Of a stretch of DNA of 64,000 nt, positions 1-15,397 are shown piece after piece. Origin of the DNA: the human T2T-CHM13v2.0 reference genome, Homo sapiens; the NCBI RefSeq assembly GCF_009914755.1, contig NC_060934.1. One strand, written 5' to 3'. A program made the translations under genes and the position numbers. Under the pieces are notes generated by a model that did no database searches, was not told where the DNA came from, and saw only the letters and a program-made list of their open reading frames with translations. Every line of letters begins with the position of its first letter. Positions within the stretch are counted from its first letter, which is position 1.

Positions 1-138
1 CAATATGCTCTACCTATAGTCTAGGCGTGTGGTAGTACCTTCTAGATTTGTGTAAGTACACTGTGATCACACAGCCGAGAAATCACCTAGTGATGCATTT
101 CTCAGAATGTATCCCCTTTGTTAAGTGTCACATGACTG
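1..138. mobile_element. Tigger3-like (TcMar-Tigger) DNA transposon end
   Basis: Terminal ...gcatttctcagaatgtatccc...gttaag...catgactg followed by a TA target dinucleotide. Confidence 0.7.
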
Positions 139-139
139 T

Positions 140-310
140 ATTTGTCTTTTTGTGACTGGCTTATTTCACTCAGCATAATGTCCTCAAGGTTCATCCATGT
201 TGCAGCATGTGTCAGATTTTCCATCCTTTATTAGGCTGAATAATATTCCATTGTATGCATATACTAGATTTTAGTTATCTACCCATCTGTTGATGGCCAT
301 TTGAATCTGT
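140..310 (-). mobile_element. Old L1M 3' fragment
   Basis: Motif tgactggcttatttcactcagcataatgtcctcaaggttcatccatgttgcagc typical of antisense L1M 3' UTR. Confidence 0.7.
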
Positions 311-578
311 CTACTTTATTGTTTGCCTTTTCCCCTGGTTTTTGTTTGTTTTTTAATTTGGCCATTTGATCCCTTTGCTTTGAATGCTTCGTAATTATTC
401 ATTGAGAGCTAGATATTTTTTAATGAAAATGTTAGAGACTCTGAAATCATTCTTCACAGGGTGTTGAATATTCTTTTCACAGACATATCCCTTTGGTTCA
501 GTTGAGGCATCTCTGTTTTTGGTGCCCTTCATTGTTCTGGTTCATGTGACTCTTCCATGGTGTCAATTGAAAGCCTGA

Positions 579-607
579 GTTGTTGTTGTTGTTATTGTTG
601 TTGTTGT
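579..607. repeat. (TTG)n microsatellite
   Basis: Interrupted run gttgttgttgttgttattgttgttgttg. Confidence 0.9.
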
Positions 608-974
608 TTTTTACCAGGGTACCTTGTCCTATATGCACCCTATACTCCAGTCTTTGGCTCCACAGCATCATGAGACTGCTGAAATACACTTCAGACTTAG
701 TTTTTCAGCATCTTACTCTCTGCGTGTAAAATTTAGGAGTCAGGAAATGCCGTAGGGGAAAAATTATACCCAGAATATCAGGTTAACCGTAATGCATTTC
801 CCTTCTGCCTAGGATCTTTGCCCCTAAAGTTTTGGCTGTATTAGTTGTTCTCTCTCTCATGGCTTCCATTTTCTATATTTTATTTAGCTTCTATAATTTT
901 CTGCATGAAATTTAGTCTGATAATAATTACTACATTATGACCAAAAGCAAAATCCCAGTATGTATTTTTATTAA

Positions 975-1700
975 TTTATATTCCATGTTTTATTTTTAAA
1001 CATTCTCAAACTACAGAAGAGTTGTAAGTAAAATGCAAATTGTTTTTTTTTCATAAACCACTTGAGAATAAGGTTCTGACATGATGTCCCATCACCTCTG
1101 AATTCTCTGTGTATTTCCTGCAAACCAGAACATTCTCCCATATAACCCAATAACAACCATCAGAATTAAGGAAATTATTATTGGCATATTATTTTGTCAT
1201 CTAATCCACAGATCCCATTCAAGTTTCTCTAGTAATCTCAGTCAATGTCCTTTATATAATAGAATAAATATCTAGTTCAGGATCACATGATACATTTAGT
1301 AGTCATACCTCTTTAGTCTCGTTTACTCTGGAACAGTTCTTCAGTCTTTCCTTGGCTTTCATAACATTGACATTTTTGAGGATTACACGCCAGTATCTTG
1401 CAGAACATTTTTCAAATTGGGTTTTTCTGATGTATTCTCATGATTAGATCCAAATTAGGTATCTTCGACAGGAATATTACAGAGGTGATGTTGTGTTTTT
1501 ATTGAATAGTATCAGGTGACACATAATGTGAATTTCTTCCAATATTAGTGATATTAATGTTGATTACTTGATTAAGATATCAGGGTTTTTTTCCCACTAT
1601 AGAATTAACTTTATATTTTTCCAATTAAAACGAAGTAGTATTTTGTGGGGAGGTATTTTGAGACTATTTAAGTATCCTCCTCCTTATCAAACTTACAGTT
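975..1700 (-). mobile_element. L1MC-type 3' end fragment
   Basis: Degenerate L1MC 3' UTR motifs (acattctc...cataacc, ttcaggatcacatg, ggtgatgttgtg). Confidence 0.6.
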
Positions 1701-1709
1701 TATATTTTG

Positions 1710-1985
1710 TTTCATTTTATTTTATTTCATTTTAGAGATAGGGTCTTGTTCTTTCACTCAGGGTGGAGTGCAGTGGCGTGATCCTCATTGTAACTCCTGG
1801 GCTCAAGTGATCTTCCTGCTCAGTCTCCCAAGTAGCTGGAACTACAGATGCGTGTCACCATGGCTTCTTTTTTTCCCGTTAATTCTTTTTGTAGAGGCAG
1901 GATCTCAAAATGTTGCTCTGACTGGTCTCTAATTCTTGGCCTCAGGCAATCTGCTGGGTTACAGGTGTGACCCACCACACTTGTC
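1710..1985 (-). mobile_element. AluJ-like
   Basis: Diverged antisense Alu dimer with internal deletions. Confidence 0.85.
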
Positions 1986-2079
1986 CCCAGTTTATTTTTT
2001 ATGTCATTAATGGAGTCATAGATTTCAACTTTATTCAGTGGCTTATTTTATTAGTTATCTATTATTACATAACAAATTA

Positions 2080-2423
<344 letters not shown>

Positions 2424-2727
2424 TTATATTTTTTTGGGGGGGTGATTTACAAGTGAGTTGTATTTAAACTTTAAATGGCGAATAGTTATTACAATATTAA
2501 ATTTTTCAAAAATATATAGAAAAATGAATACTTCTTATTTTCAATAAATTTTTATGAGCTCCAGTATTTCAGAGTGCCACCTCCCAAAATGACAGCATGA
2601 TATACCTTGGCAATAGTTTAGACCTCTTCTAGAATTTTCTCACATCTGCTTTTTTTTTGCCAAACATATATATGTTTATATTTTTTCTCCCTGGCTGTAT
2701 TGCTGTATAATTGGCAAACAAAAATTA

Positions 2728-2894
2728 TTATTATTATTATTTTTTTATTCTGGGGTACATGTGCAGGATGTGCAGGTGTGGTACATAGGTAAACATGCCA
2801 TGGTGTTTTGTTGCACCTATCAACCCATCACCTAGGTATCAAGCCCAGCATGCATCAGCTCTTTTCCCTAATGCTCTCCCCTGACCCGCCCTCC
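2728..2894 (-). mobile_element. Short 5'-truncated L1PA 3' end nested in an older L1M
   Basis: ggtacatgtgcaggatgtgcagg...gcacctatcaacccatcacctagg; 16-bp TSD tggcaaacaaaaatta at 2712 and 2895. Confidence 0.8.
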
Positions 2895-3000
2895 TGGCAA
2901 ACAAAAATTACATTTAAGGTGTACAACATGTTGTTTTCATATACATATTCATTGTAAAATGCTTGTCTCAATCAAGCTAATTAACATATCTGTAACCTAG

Positions 3001-3420
<420 letters not shown>

Positions 3421-3784
3421 TAATCAAGGTGGTGTCTAGGGCTGAGGTCTCATTTGAAGGTTTTATTTCGAGAAAAAGCCACTTCCAAGCTTATTGTTGT
3501 TGGTGGTGGTGGAATTCTTTTCTTCAAGGGCTGTTGGACTGAGCCTCAATTCTTAGTTGTTTGTTGACTGGGTCACCGCCAGGTCTGTGCCATGGGGACA
3601 TCTACAGTATGACTGCTTGTTTCATCAAAGCATGCAAACCAAGAAGGCAATAGAGTCTGTTAGCAAGATGGAAGTTGCAGTCTTAACCTAATTAGGAAAA
3701 TGGCATCACATCACCTTTACCAAGGGCATGCATACCAAGCGGTGGGAAACATCGGGGGGCATGTTAGAGTTTGCCTGCTACCGT

Positions 3785-4850
3785 TATCCATTATTATCAT
3801 TATTTAGTTTGATATTCTAATTTTCTCAAATGTAGCCTGCCTCAGTCTTTCACTCTGGCCCCTGTATTATTTTGACATGTCTCTGTCATTCATTGAGCAC
3901 CTCAAGAAGATATTCCAAGCTCCTCTTAAACTTTCCTGTCCAAGCCCTCGCATTGTTCTAAGGAGCTCTGGTTCCTTTTAGTGGAGAGTGATATTTTGAA
4001 TCATTAAATGTGTTTGTTGCTATTAGGTTGCTCCTAGGCCCTCTCAGTTGGTAGTCAGTCTGTGTGTGTCTGTGGGTATATGTGTACATATATATATATA
4101 TCATGAATATATTATTTACCTAGGAATTTCTCGGTGTAATACATTGTAAGATTTCAGCTTACAACAACATCCTCAATTCTAGTTCAGCAATGTAATATTC
4201 ATTCTAGTTTTCTTTCTTTCTATACTTGTAACTTGTTTTTCTGATTATGAGAAACCTAGCTCTTATTATCCTTTGTATTTGATCTGCCACCTTTATTTGA
4301 TCAATCTTCCTGTATAATCCATCTCCTGTTGCTGACATATCTCTCGCTCCATTTCTCACCCCATACTTCATATGCATGCCTCCCTCACCCTTTTGGGATC
4401 CGACAGCTTGCACTTGGCTGCCCCTTCCACCCTCCTCACTCCACTGGGTCTGAAACTCACTGCTGGACCACTGCCTCTCCCTCTCTTAATGCATGCCTTC
4501 TTCTGCCGACATGGGCAACCCTCACTGCCATCCCCCCACCCTCCACTGCCCTGTGTGGATGTGGACATCCTCATCATTCTGCTCACTGCTGTTACAGTTC
4601 CTACGTGGTAGCCTTCCTTGTTCCATTAGGGCTCTGTCACCTCATGCTGGGTCCCCCTCCCAGCAGATTTTTTCCTATCACTCTGCTTAGTCCCTGAAAC
4701 TCTGTGCCCTGTCCTTTTCCCTCTCGGGAATACCCTTTTCCTACTACTTGGACTCCAAAAGCCTGTTTTGGGCCACTGTAGTCAACTCTCTGCCACTTAG
4801 CTTGATGCCTCCTTTGCCTGTACTCACCTATTGAACTGTTCAGGTAGGAA
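3785..4850 (-). mobile_element. L1MC4/L1MC5-like 3' region including its degenerate C-rich tandem array
   Basis: aaggagctctggttccttttagtggaga motif followed by degenerate ccctcctcac...gggctctga units at 4370-4830. Confidence 0.55.
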
Positions 4851-5490
4851 AGGAGAAGAGGGAGAGGTATCAGTTAAATTTTATTTTTGAAAAACTCACT
4901 GGTATTTTTACAACAAATGCTTTTAACTTAGTTTGTTATTACTTACATAGAAGTCAGTTACTCCCACATCTCTGTAATCGCTACAGGTTTATACTCATAT
5001 TTTCATGCCATATTTTTCTTACATACTAGATAGAGGTTTACTATCACATCAGATTCATGATTTCTGAACTTGGTTACTCCCTGCACCCTCCAAACGAGTT
5101 TCAGTTTACCAGTGTCTGTCACTACCACTACTGTTCTTCTAGTCATTCAAGTTTGAAATGTTGAAGTTAATTCATTTTTCCTTATGATCAGTTATCCAGT
5201 CCTGTTGATCCTTCTTTTGATGTACGTTATCTTCTCCATGGCCATTACTTTAATGAATATAATAACCTCTTGGGTGCGATTTCTTTATTTAGTTTGTGTA
5301 GTCATTCCTGTGCCCCTAAACCATTTTGGCTTCCCATTTCTTAATGAGTGAAGTAACTCCATGTTTAACTTTTAAAGTGCCATTTTAATGTAACACTATT
5401 CTAGATAGTCAGAATATCTAGTTTTGACTCCCATCTTTGTTGCTTACTAACTACTCATCAACGTGTAATTTATTTAACCTCCCTGGGTCT

Positions 5491-7071
<1,581 letters not shown>

Positions 7072-7090
7072 TTTTTTTTAATTAAGTTAA

Positions 7091-7240
<150 letters not shown>

Positions 7241-7907
7241 TCTCTGGGTCTTATTTACCTTACTAGTTTATTATACAGGTGAATGAATTGGGGAAGAGCT
7301 TGTTCCGCAATTCATTGCCAAACAATGAATTGTTAGACTGACAAAGCTAACTAACAAAGCTTGTTAGTTTGTTATACAGAGAATGTTATACAGATGCAGC
7401 TTGTTAGTTTGTTATACATATAGTAACAAGTGCTACAATAAAATTAAAGTCTGTGACTGAGCTTTTCTAAATATTTGAAAATTTACCTAAACTTACAGTA
7501 GCTGTTGTCTAATGCAATTTAGTACATTGTTAAATTTTTTCTTGTAGTTACTATTTGTTAGTAGTTTATCTCCTTGAAATAGAGTGTAAACTACTTGAGT
7601 CTGTGGATTTGTGGAGACAAACACATTTGAGTATTATTTCTGCCATTGTCATTTAGGCACTATAACTTCACTGAACTTGAGTGTACTCTCTTGTTAAGGC
7701 AAAAGTACTAATAATTCTTTGACAAGAAGGTAATGCTTAAATGAAATAATGTACTTAAGGGATCTAGTACAATGCCTGGCAGACAGTTTATTCCCGGTAA
7801 ACTTTACTTATCCTCTTTTTGTACTCCACCTGTGCCCACTTTGGTAATGAAAAAATAAATGGCTTCCCAGAACAGTTTGAAATGCAAGTGGCATTCACAG
7901 AAGCCTA

Positions 7908-8273
<366 letters not shown>

Positions 8274-8829
8274 GAATCCTTGTTTTAGTTTTACCACAAC
8301 CTTGTGCAATAAGGCTGGGCAGATATGATTATCCTATCTGACAGGTGGGAGTTTTGTTTTTGGAGTGAACTAAATTGGGATTCTTAAGAGGCAATCATTG
8401 GATTTGTAGGTAAAGTCTGAATGTATTACATGATTATGGTATACTGCATTTCTCTGAATTTCTTAGTTGATATAGTAGTGAAAAGGGAATTCTTCTATTC
8501 CATGGCTTAAGGATACGTAAACTCTCAGTACAGCAATCTTTTTATTGTTGATTATTATAGCTTCTATTACTCCTAGAAGTTGACCAACAGGGACCTTAAT
8601 TTAGGAGATTTTGTCATTCAGCTTTCGTATAGTAAATGCTGAGGCTAGCCCTTTGCCTGCAGGGCTATCAGTGAAGAGGATCTGTGACATTACTCCAGAC
8701 AGCCAAGTGTAGGGGGAAGAGTTGAGATTTTCAGTGTTCTCTGTGTAAATGAATTGTGCCATTGAACCTGATGGGCACTAGATACTATATTCTTCTTGAA
8801 GCACTGGAGGCCCTTCATTGCAATCTTGT

Positions 8830-9265
8830 TTTTTCAACTTTTATTTTAAAATTGGGGTATATGTGCAGGTTTGTTACAGAGATATACTGCACGATGCTGA
8901 GGTTTGGAGTCTGAGTGAATCTCACCCAGGTAGAGAGTGCAAAGTACCCATAGGTAGTTTTTTCAAGCTTTACCCCCTTTGTCCTCCCACCTTTTGTATT
9001 CCTCAGTGTCTGTTCCCTTCTTTATGTCCATGTGTACTCAAGGTTTTGTTCCTATGTATAAGTGAGAAAATGTGGCATTTGGTTTTCTGTTTCTGCATTA
9101 GTTCGCTTAGGATAATGGCTTCTAGCTGCATCCATGTTCTGCAGAGGACATGATTTCATTATTTTTTATGGCTACTTAGTATTCCATGGTATATGTGTAC
9201 TGCATTTTCTTTATCCAGTCTTCCGTTGATGGGTACCTGGGTTGATTCTGTGTCTTTACTATCGC
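8830..9265 (-). mobile_element. Older L1P (L1PA16/L1PB-like) 3' end
   Basis: gggtatatgtgcaggtttgttac...ataagtgagaa...gcttaggataatggc...ttccatggtatatg. Confidence 0.8.
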
Positions 9266-9686
9266 ATTGCAGCATTTCAATTTTTTTTCTGATTCAGGTA
9301 GTAGAAAACATGTTCAGTCTTATTTTTTTCTGTGCTGTGTATGCTTTTTAAAGGCTAGTGAAGTCATTCAGTTGGATAACAACAATTATAATACATTGTT
9401 ATACTCTTCAACTTTCTTTGATTTTGCAAAGGAGAGTCAATTGGGGTGAAGTTAGGTGGGAACTGAGCTGAAGAAACTAATATGTGCTGTGCAGGGCTGG
9501 ATTTGTGTAGGATGCAGTCATTATCTGTTAACTTTGTCATAGCTTTTGAGACTGCATGTAAGGAGTAGGTGATTTGCAAGTTATTTAACAGTTAACAGAA
9601 GGTAAATATTTAAACAGGAGAATGCGTAGTTGCTGCTTAGTTTAAAACCTGCTTTTTTTTTTTTTTAATTAAAAAAAATGTTTTTT

Positions 9687-9840
9687 AGCCAGGCGTGGTG
9701 GTGCACGCCTGTAGTCCCAGCTACTGGGCAGGCTGAGGCAGAAGGATTGCTTAAGTCCAGGAGGTCAAGGGTGCAGTGAGCTGTGATTGTGCCACTGCAC
9801 TCCAGCCTGGGCAAGAGAGTGAGACTCTGTCTCAATAAAA
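9687..9840 (+). mobile_element. Alu right monomer (FRAM/AluJ)
   Basis: Right-monomer sequence with degenerate A-tail. Confidence 0.9.
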
Positions 9841-11056
9841 GGAAAGAAAGGGAAAAAAAATTAAGTATAGAAAGAAAATTTTAGGAATTTAAATATAATT
9901 TGCAAGGAAAAACAACAAAAACAGTCCAAACTTTAAGTAGAAAACTATGTGCTTTTCAGGTATTTTAAAGGTAAATTTTAAAGGGCATTATTTATTAAAT
10001 GTTGAAGGACAGAAAACATCTTACATATTTGTCAGAAACTGACCAATCAGAATGGCCCTGAAATGTATAGACTTAATAAGGATAGTAACCAAAATGACAG
10101 TCCTTTCCACTTTGTTCCTCATTGCCCAAATTTGCTATTTTCTCCTTCTTTTACGAAATGCTTCTAAATGTGAAGATAGAAGGGAAACAGGTAGAGTAAA
10201 AGTTATAGCCCACTCCATTTATTTTGTAATAATATTTTTTCTCAGTGTTAAGTGGCATTTACCAGTATAGATAAGATTAATTGTTACAAAACAAACCAAT
10301 TTGAAGATTAGTTTTTAAATTGAGCCATAATATATAAAATCTTATGGTAATGTGCAGATCTGACTATATTCAAGTATAGTTTTCATACCCATACCAATTG
10401 TCTTGTAATAATCGGGAATGCATCCTCTGTGTGGTGTTTGCAAATTAATGCTATTTTGGAAATCACACCGGTATATCTAGTGGCTTTCCTGGGTGTATGT
10501 GGCTCATTACTGATTATAATTTTCTTTGGGAATTTTAGTTTAAGGGGATGGGGTAAGCACTTTCAAATTCTTTGTTGTTAGTAGTTTTGATGGAGGATAG
10601 GGATAAATGAATGAGGAAGTGTGTTAGAACGAGTAAGTAAACTCAGATAATTTATCAAGTACATACTACAAAAATAACGCAGATTTTTATGTAAAACGGA
10701 GGAGACAAATCATTCACAAGAGGAAAGCCTTAAAAACTTACCAAGGAGCATTCACAAAAATAAATATGTATATTTTAATTTTAAAAAGAGCCCCAAGTCT
10801 GTGAATGAAAGGGTTCTGGTTGGTTTCTAGACCCAGCTGTGCTTGCTGTATGTCATGCAGGTGGCTTTAGTATGGTTAAAAGTGTCGCCTGCCCTCTTGT
10901 GAAGGGAAGCAGGAGAAGCGACAAGCTACCTTCCAGTGCCTCCTCGATTTTCTTCCACTATTTCCTTTGTCCTTTTCCTGTGTTTTCATGCTCTATTTAT
11001 TTACACCCACTTCTGACTTCTCTTTTTTCTCAGATTCAATCTTTCCTTCCGAATGA

Positions 11057-11431
<375 letters not shown>

Positions 11432-11479
11432 TGTGTACAGCATTTCTTATAACAATGAGTTACTTTTATGTTAAGGATT

Positions 11480-11874
<395 letters not shown>

Positions 11875-12854
11875 TAATAAGTATTTATTGAATAAATGAT
11901 TAAAATATTAGCCTTAAGAAAATTTTAGTATCATTTACTTAAAAAATTAGCAAAGCATTCTTAATACGTATAAAGAAGTAATATGAGTAGAATGTGATTC
12001 TCAACAGCAAGGAAGCTTTTTTTACCCTATTTTCTCCATTCTCTTTCTGTTGCCTTCTCCTTCCAATGTGAGAATCTCTGCTATTAAGAACCGCTGGCAG
12101 AGACTGAAATTAGTATACATAATTCTAAGGAGATATTGATGTAAATGGTCGATATGGATTGGCAGGATGACAGGGAGAAGGAAATTATAAGTTTAAAGAC
12201 AGGGGTAAGATGAGTATTTGAACAAAATATCAAGGTAGGTAGTTAGCTAGAGTGCCAGGGCCAATTAGAAGATTAGAGAAGGTGAGTTGATGTTGGCAGT
12301 GGGGGAAATGTCAGATTGACAGAGTGCTTGGATTTCATACAGTAGATATCTCATCATGAATTATTGATGAGAGTGACATGATAACAAAGTGAAGACAATT
12401 ATTTTTCTATTTAGCTGCTGTTTATAAAATGGATCGTAGCTTGAGGTGAGGAAACGTTGGAAACAGTGAACAAAGTTCAGAGATTGTTGGAGTAATTCAA
12501 AGCAGTTTAGCTGTTTTGCTTGGTATGTTATCTGGTGATGCCTTTAGCAGATACCCTTCTTTTGAAGCCCAGTGTCCACTTTATGACTGAGGGATGGATG
12601 GAGGCAGGAGGAAGAATTCTGCACTAGAAAGCAACAGGCCAAGATTCTAGTCCCTACTTCCCTACTTTGTAAATTCATAATCATGGATAAATACTTAATT
12701 TTTCCTGGGCATCAGTCACCTTACCTATAAAATGAGGATAATGTATTAAGCGTAGTCCTATGGGTGGTAAATAAAATGAGGATAATAATCTAAAATCAGG
12801 GGATATACATAGATCTCCTTTGGATTTATTTGCAGCCCATTATCTATCTATCTT

Positions 12855-12980
12855 TATTTAGATAAGAGACGGGATCTTGCTGTGCTGCCCAGGCTGGATT
12901 TGAACTCCTGGGCTCAAGCGATCCACCCATCTCAGTCTTCTGAGTAGCTTGGACCACAGGCACAAACCTCTTGCATGGCT
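12855..12980 (-). mobile_element. Alu monomer (FLAM-like)
   Basis: Antisense monomer sequence. Confidence 0.85.
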
Positions 12981-13490
12981 CTCATTGTCCATTTATCAAT
13001 TTTAGATGGTGTAAACAGTGAATACCATATTTTGTTTCCCAATATTACTTTCTACAACTATATTGTTTTAAGGAGAAAAAAGTCTATGACAATATAAAAT
13101 ATTTCAAAGTCTGTAATTTTAAGGTTTAATGTTACCTATATTGACTACTATATTTTAAAATATGTATCCCTGTTTTTATATGTGCCATGATTAGGTATTT
13201 AGTTTTTTAGTTATTATTAGACTGTAATAGCACTCAAGTTGATGGATAAAATTTCATCCTGGGATACTTTTAGAGAAACATGAAGAATATAAAAATAGTT
13301 TTGAAAAGTATGGTTTCTTTCTTACAAAGCTATAGCTGCAATAATACTAATGTCAGTTACTTAGAGCTACTAGAAATGTGTAATTTCTACCTTTTTTGAC
13401 TACTGAATATACCATATGTATTATATATATGTACATTCTTAGGTATTTTTGTTTGTTTGTTTAGAAGGTTTTAATACCAACAGCTTTCTA

Positions 13491-13704
13491 GGTGTCTTCT
13501 TCTTCCTCTTCCTCTCCCCTCCCCCCCCTCCCCTCCCTCCCTTCCTCCTCCTCCTCCTCCTCCTTTTTCTTCTTCTTCTCTCTCTCTCCTTTCTCTCTCT
13601 TTTCTCTCTCCTTTTTCTCTGTCTCTCCTTTCTCTCTCTCTGTGTCCCTGTCTCTCTTTGTTGTTGTTTTCCCTTCTGTTTGGGTTGTTTCTTCCCCTCG
13701 CCTT
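13491..13704 (+). repeat. 214-nt A-free CT-rich polypyrimidine low-complexity tract
   Basis: No adenine between 13491 and 13704; (CCT)n, (CT)n and (TTC)n sub-runs. Confidence 0.95.
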
Positions 13705-14362
13705 ATACCCCCCACCCCCCACAGACCCCAATCCATCTGGAAAGATGAAGAGGCAGCTGCTATGGTAACTGTGCATTTTGGTTAATGAATAGCAGACTAA
13801 CAAGATACATAAAACATACGCAAACTGTGCAGAGTTTGTTGCTGTCAAAGCCGTAGGGATACAATACTTTTTCTTTTCCTTCTAAAAAAAAAAAAAAACT
13901 CTCTTAACTGTGGTGTTTTGTTTTCTAATTTACCATTCCTAATATTGTAATGTTTCTGTGAACTCCTCCTCTTTCTGCTTAGTCTGCACAGTATTACACC
14001 CTGTGGTGAGTTTATGGGAGCTGAGTTGAGGTGCATAGAGGAAAATAATTGATCAACTGGATTAAGAAGTAGATTTCCTTTAGACTGATACATAGAAGAA
14101 TAGGGACAAAATGTTTTTGACTAAATGTTTGGTTTTTTGAACGATAACTTCTTTTTTTACCTCCTTTCCTTTTGGCCACTACTGCCCCTTTTGGGATTCT
14201 CTCTGGGGTTAAAGCCAGTAAGTAGTGTGTTTCTTAAAGATGTTTCTATCATAAAGGTCAGCTGCAACTGGAATATTGCGTTCAGCCAAGCCTTAAAAAT
14301 TCCTGTAATCTGTGCCATCCTGTCTCATACTGTCCCATCTCATAGTTGTCCTCTCTCTGCAG

Positions 14363-14470
14363 TGCTCTATGCCCAGGTCTCTGTGGCTGGGCTGCTCCAG
14401 CCTGGCGGACAGCATGCCTTCGCTGCGATGCCTGTATAACCCAGGGACTGGCGCACTCACAGCTTTCCAG
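14363..14470 (+). CDS. BTRC: BTRC coding exon 2 (alternatively spliced, 108 nt, CSMPRSLWLGCSSLADSMPSLRCLYNPGTGALTAFQ)
   Basis: Acceptor ctctctctgcag at 14351-14362 and donor CAG|gtact. The 36-aa translation matches the N-terminal segment of beta-TrCP1 present in the long isoform and absent from the short one (recognised from memory). Confidence 0.97.
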
Positions 14471-15062
14471 GTACTTTCTCTGTCTCTGTGGGTTATTTGC
14501 GGGCATTAGTGTATGTGTCTAATTCATTAGTATGTGCCTCCTCCTTTCCCATACTTTACTTATATTCATCTTTTCTCCTTCATATTGCCTGTATCTCACA
14601 TCACTCAGTACTCCTTTAATGATTAGTTTATAATGTAGACCCAGACTGATCCACTCTTAAGACAATGTCATCATGATTGGTTACAAAAATTGACATAGTA
14701 CAGCTTGACTGTTGGCTTTCAGATCAAGTAGAAGTATGATAGTAGATTTTAAAGTAATCTCAATAAATAGCAGTTCAATACATAATATTTGCTCTGGACC
14801 TACATAAAGCCAATTAGTATAATCAATCAATTAATTACAATCAGTTTCCTGAACATTTTCTTATTTTTTTTAAATGATTACTCAAAGTATAAAGTGCCCT
14901 CTTCAGAGTATCTCCTGGTAATTATACTACTAAGTATATATTTTTTATAACTGTTTTATTTATATCTTGATTAACATTTCTAATTTCTAGGTGGAAAAAC
15001 CTTTGAGACCTTTAGGTACAGTATTCACCTTGAGACACTCTAGCTAGTGTTTCATGAATTAA

Positions 15063-15397
<335 letters not shown>

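Noticed and set aside
4329-4850. C-rich stretch with degenerate internal repeats and several overlapping ORFs
   Set aside because: It resembles the tandem-repeat portion of L1MC4/5 3' UTRs and is contiguous with L1MC sequence; no splice or codon evidence.
13449-13848. Overlapping ORFs rich in S/F/L or E/R/G
   Set aside because: They arise from a stop-poor low-complexity CT tract. Only the 40-nt candidate exon at its end is retained as a hypothesis.
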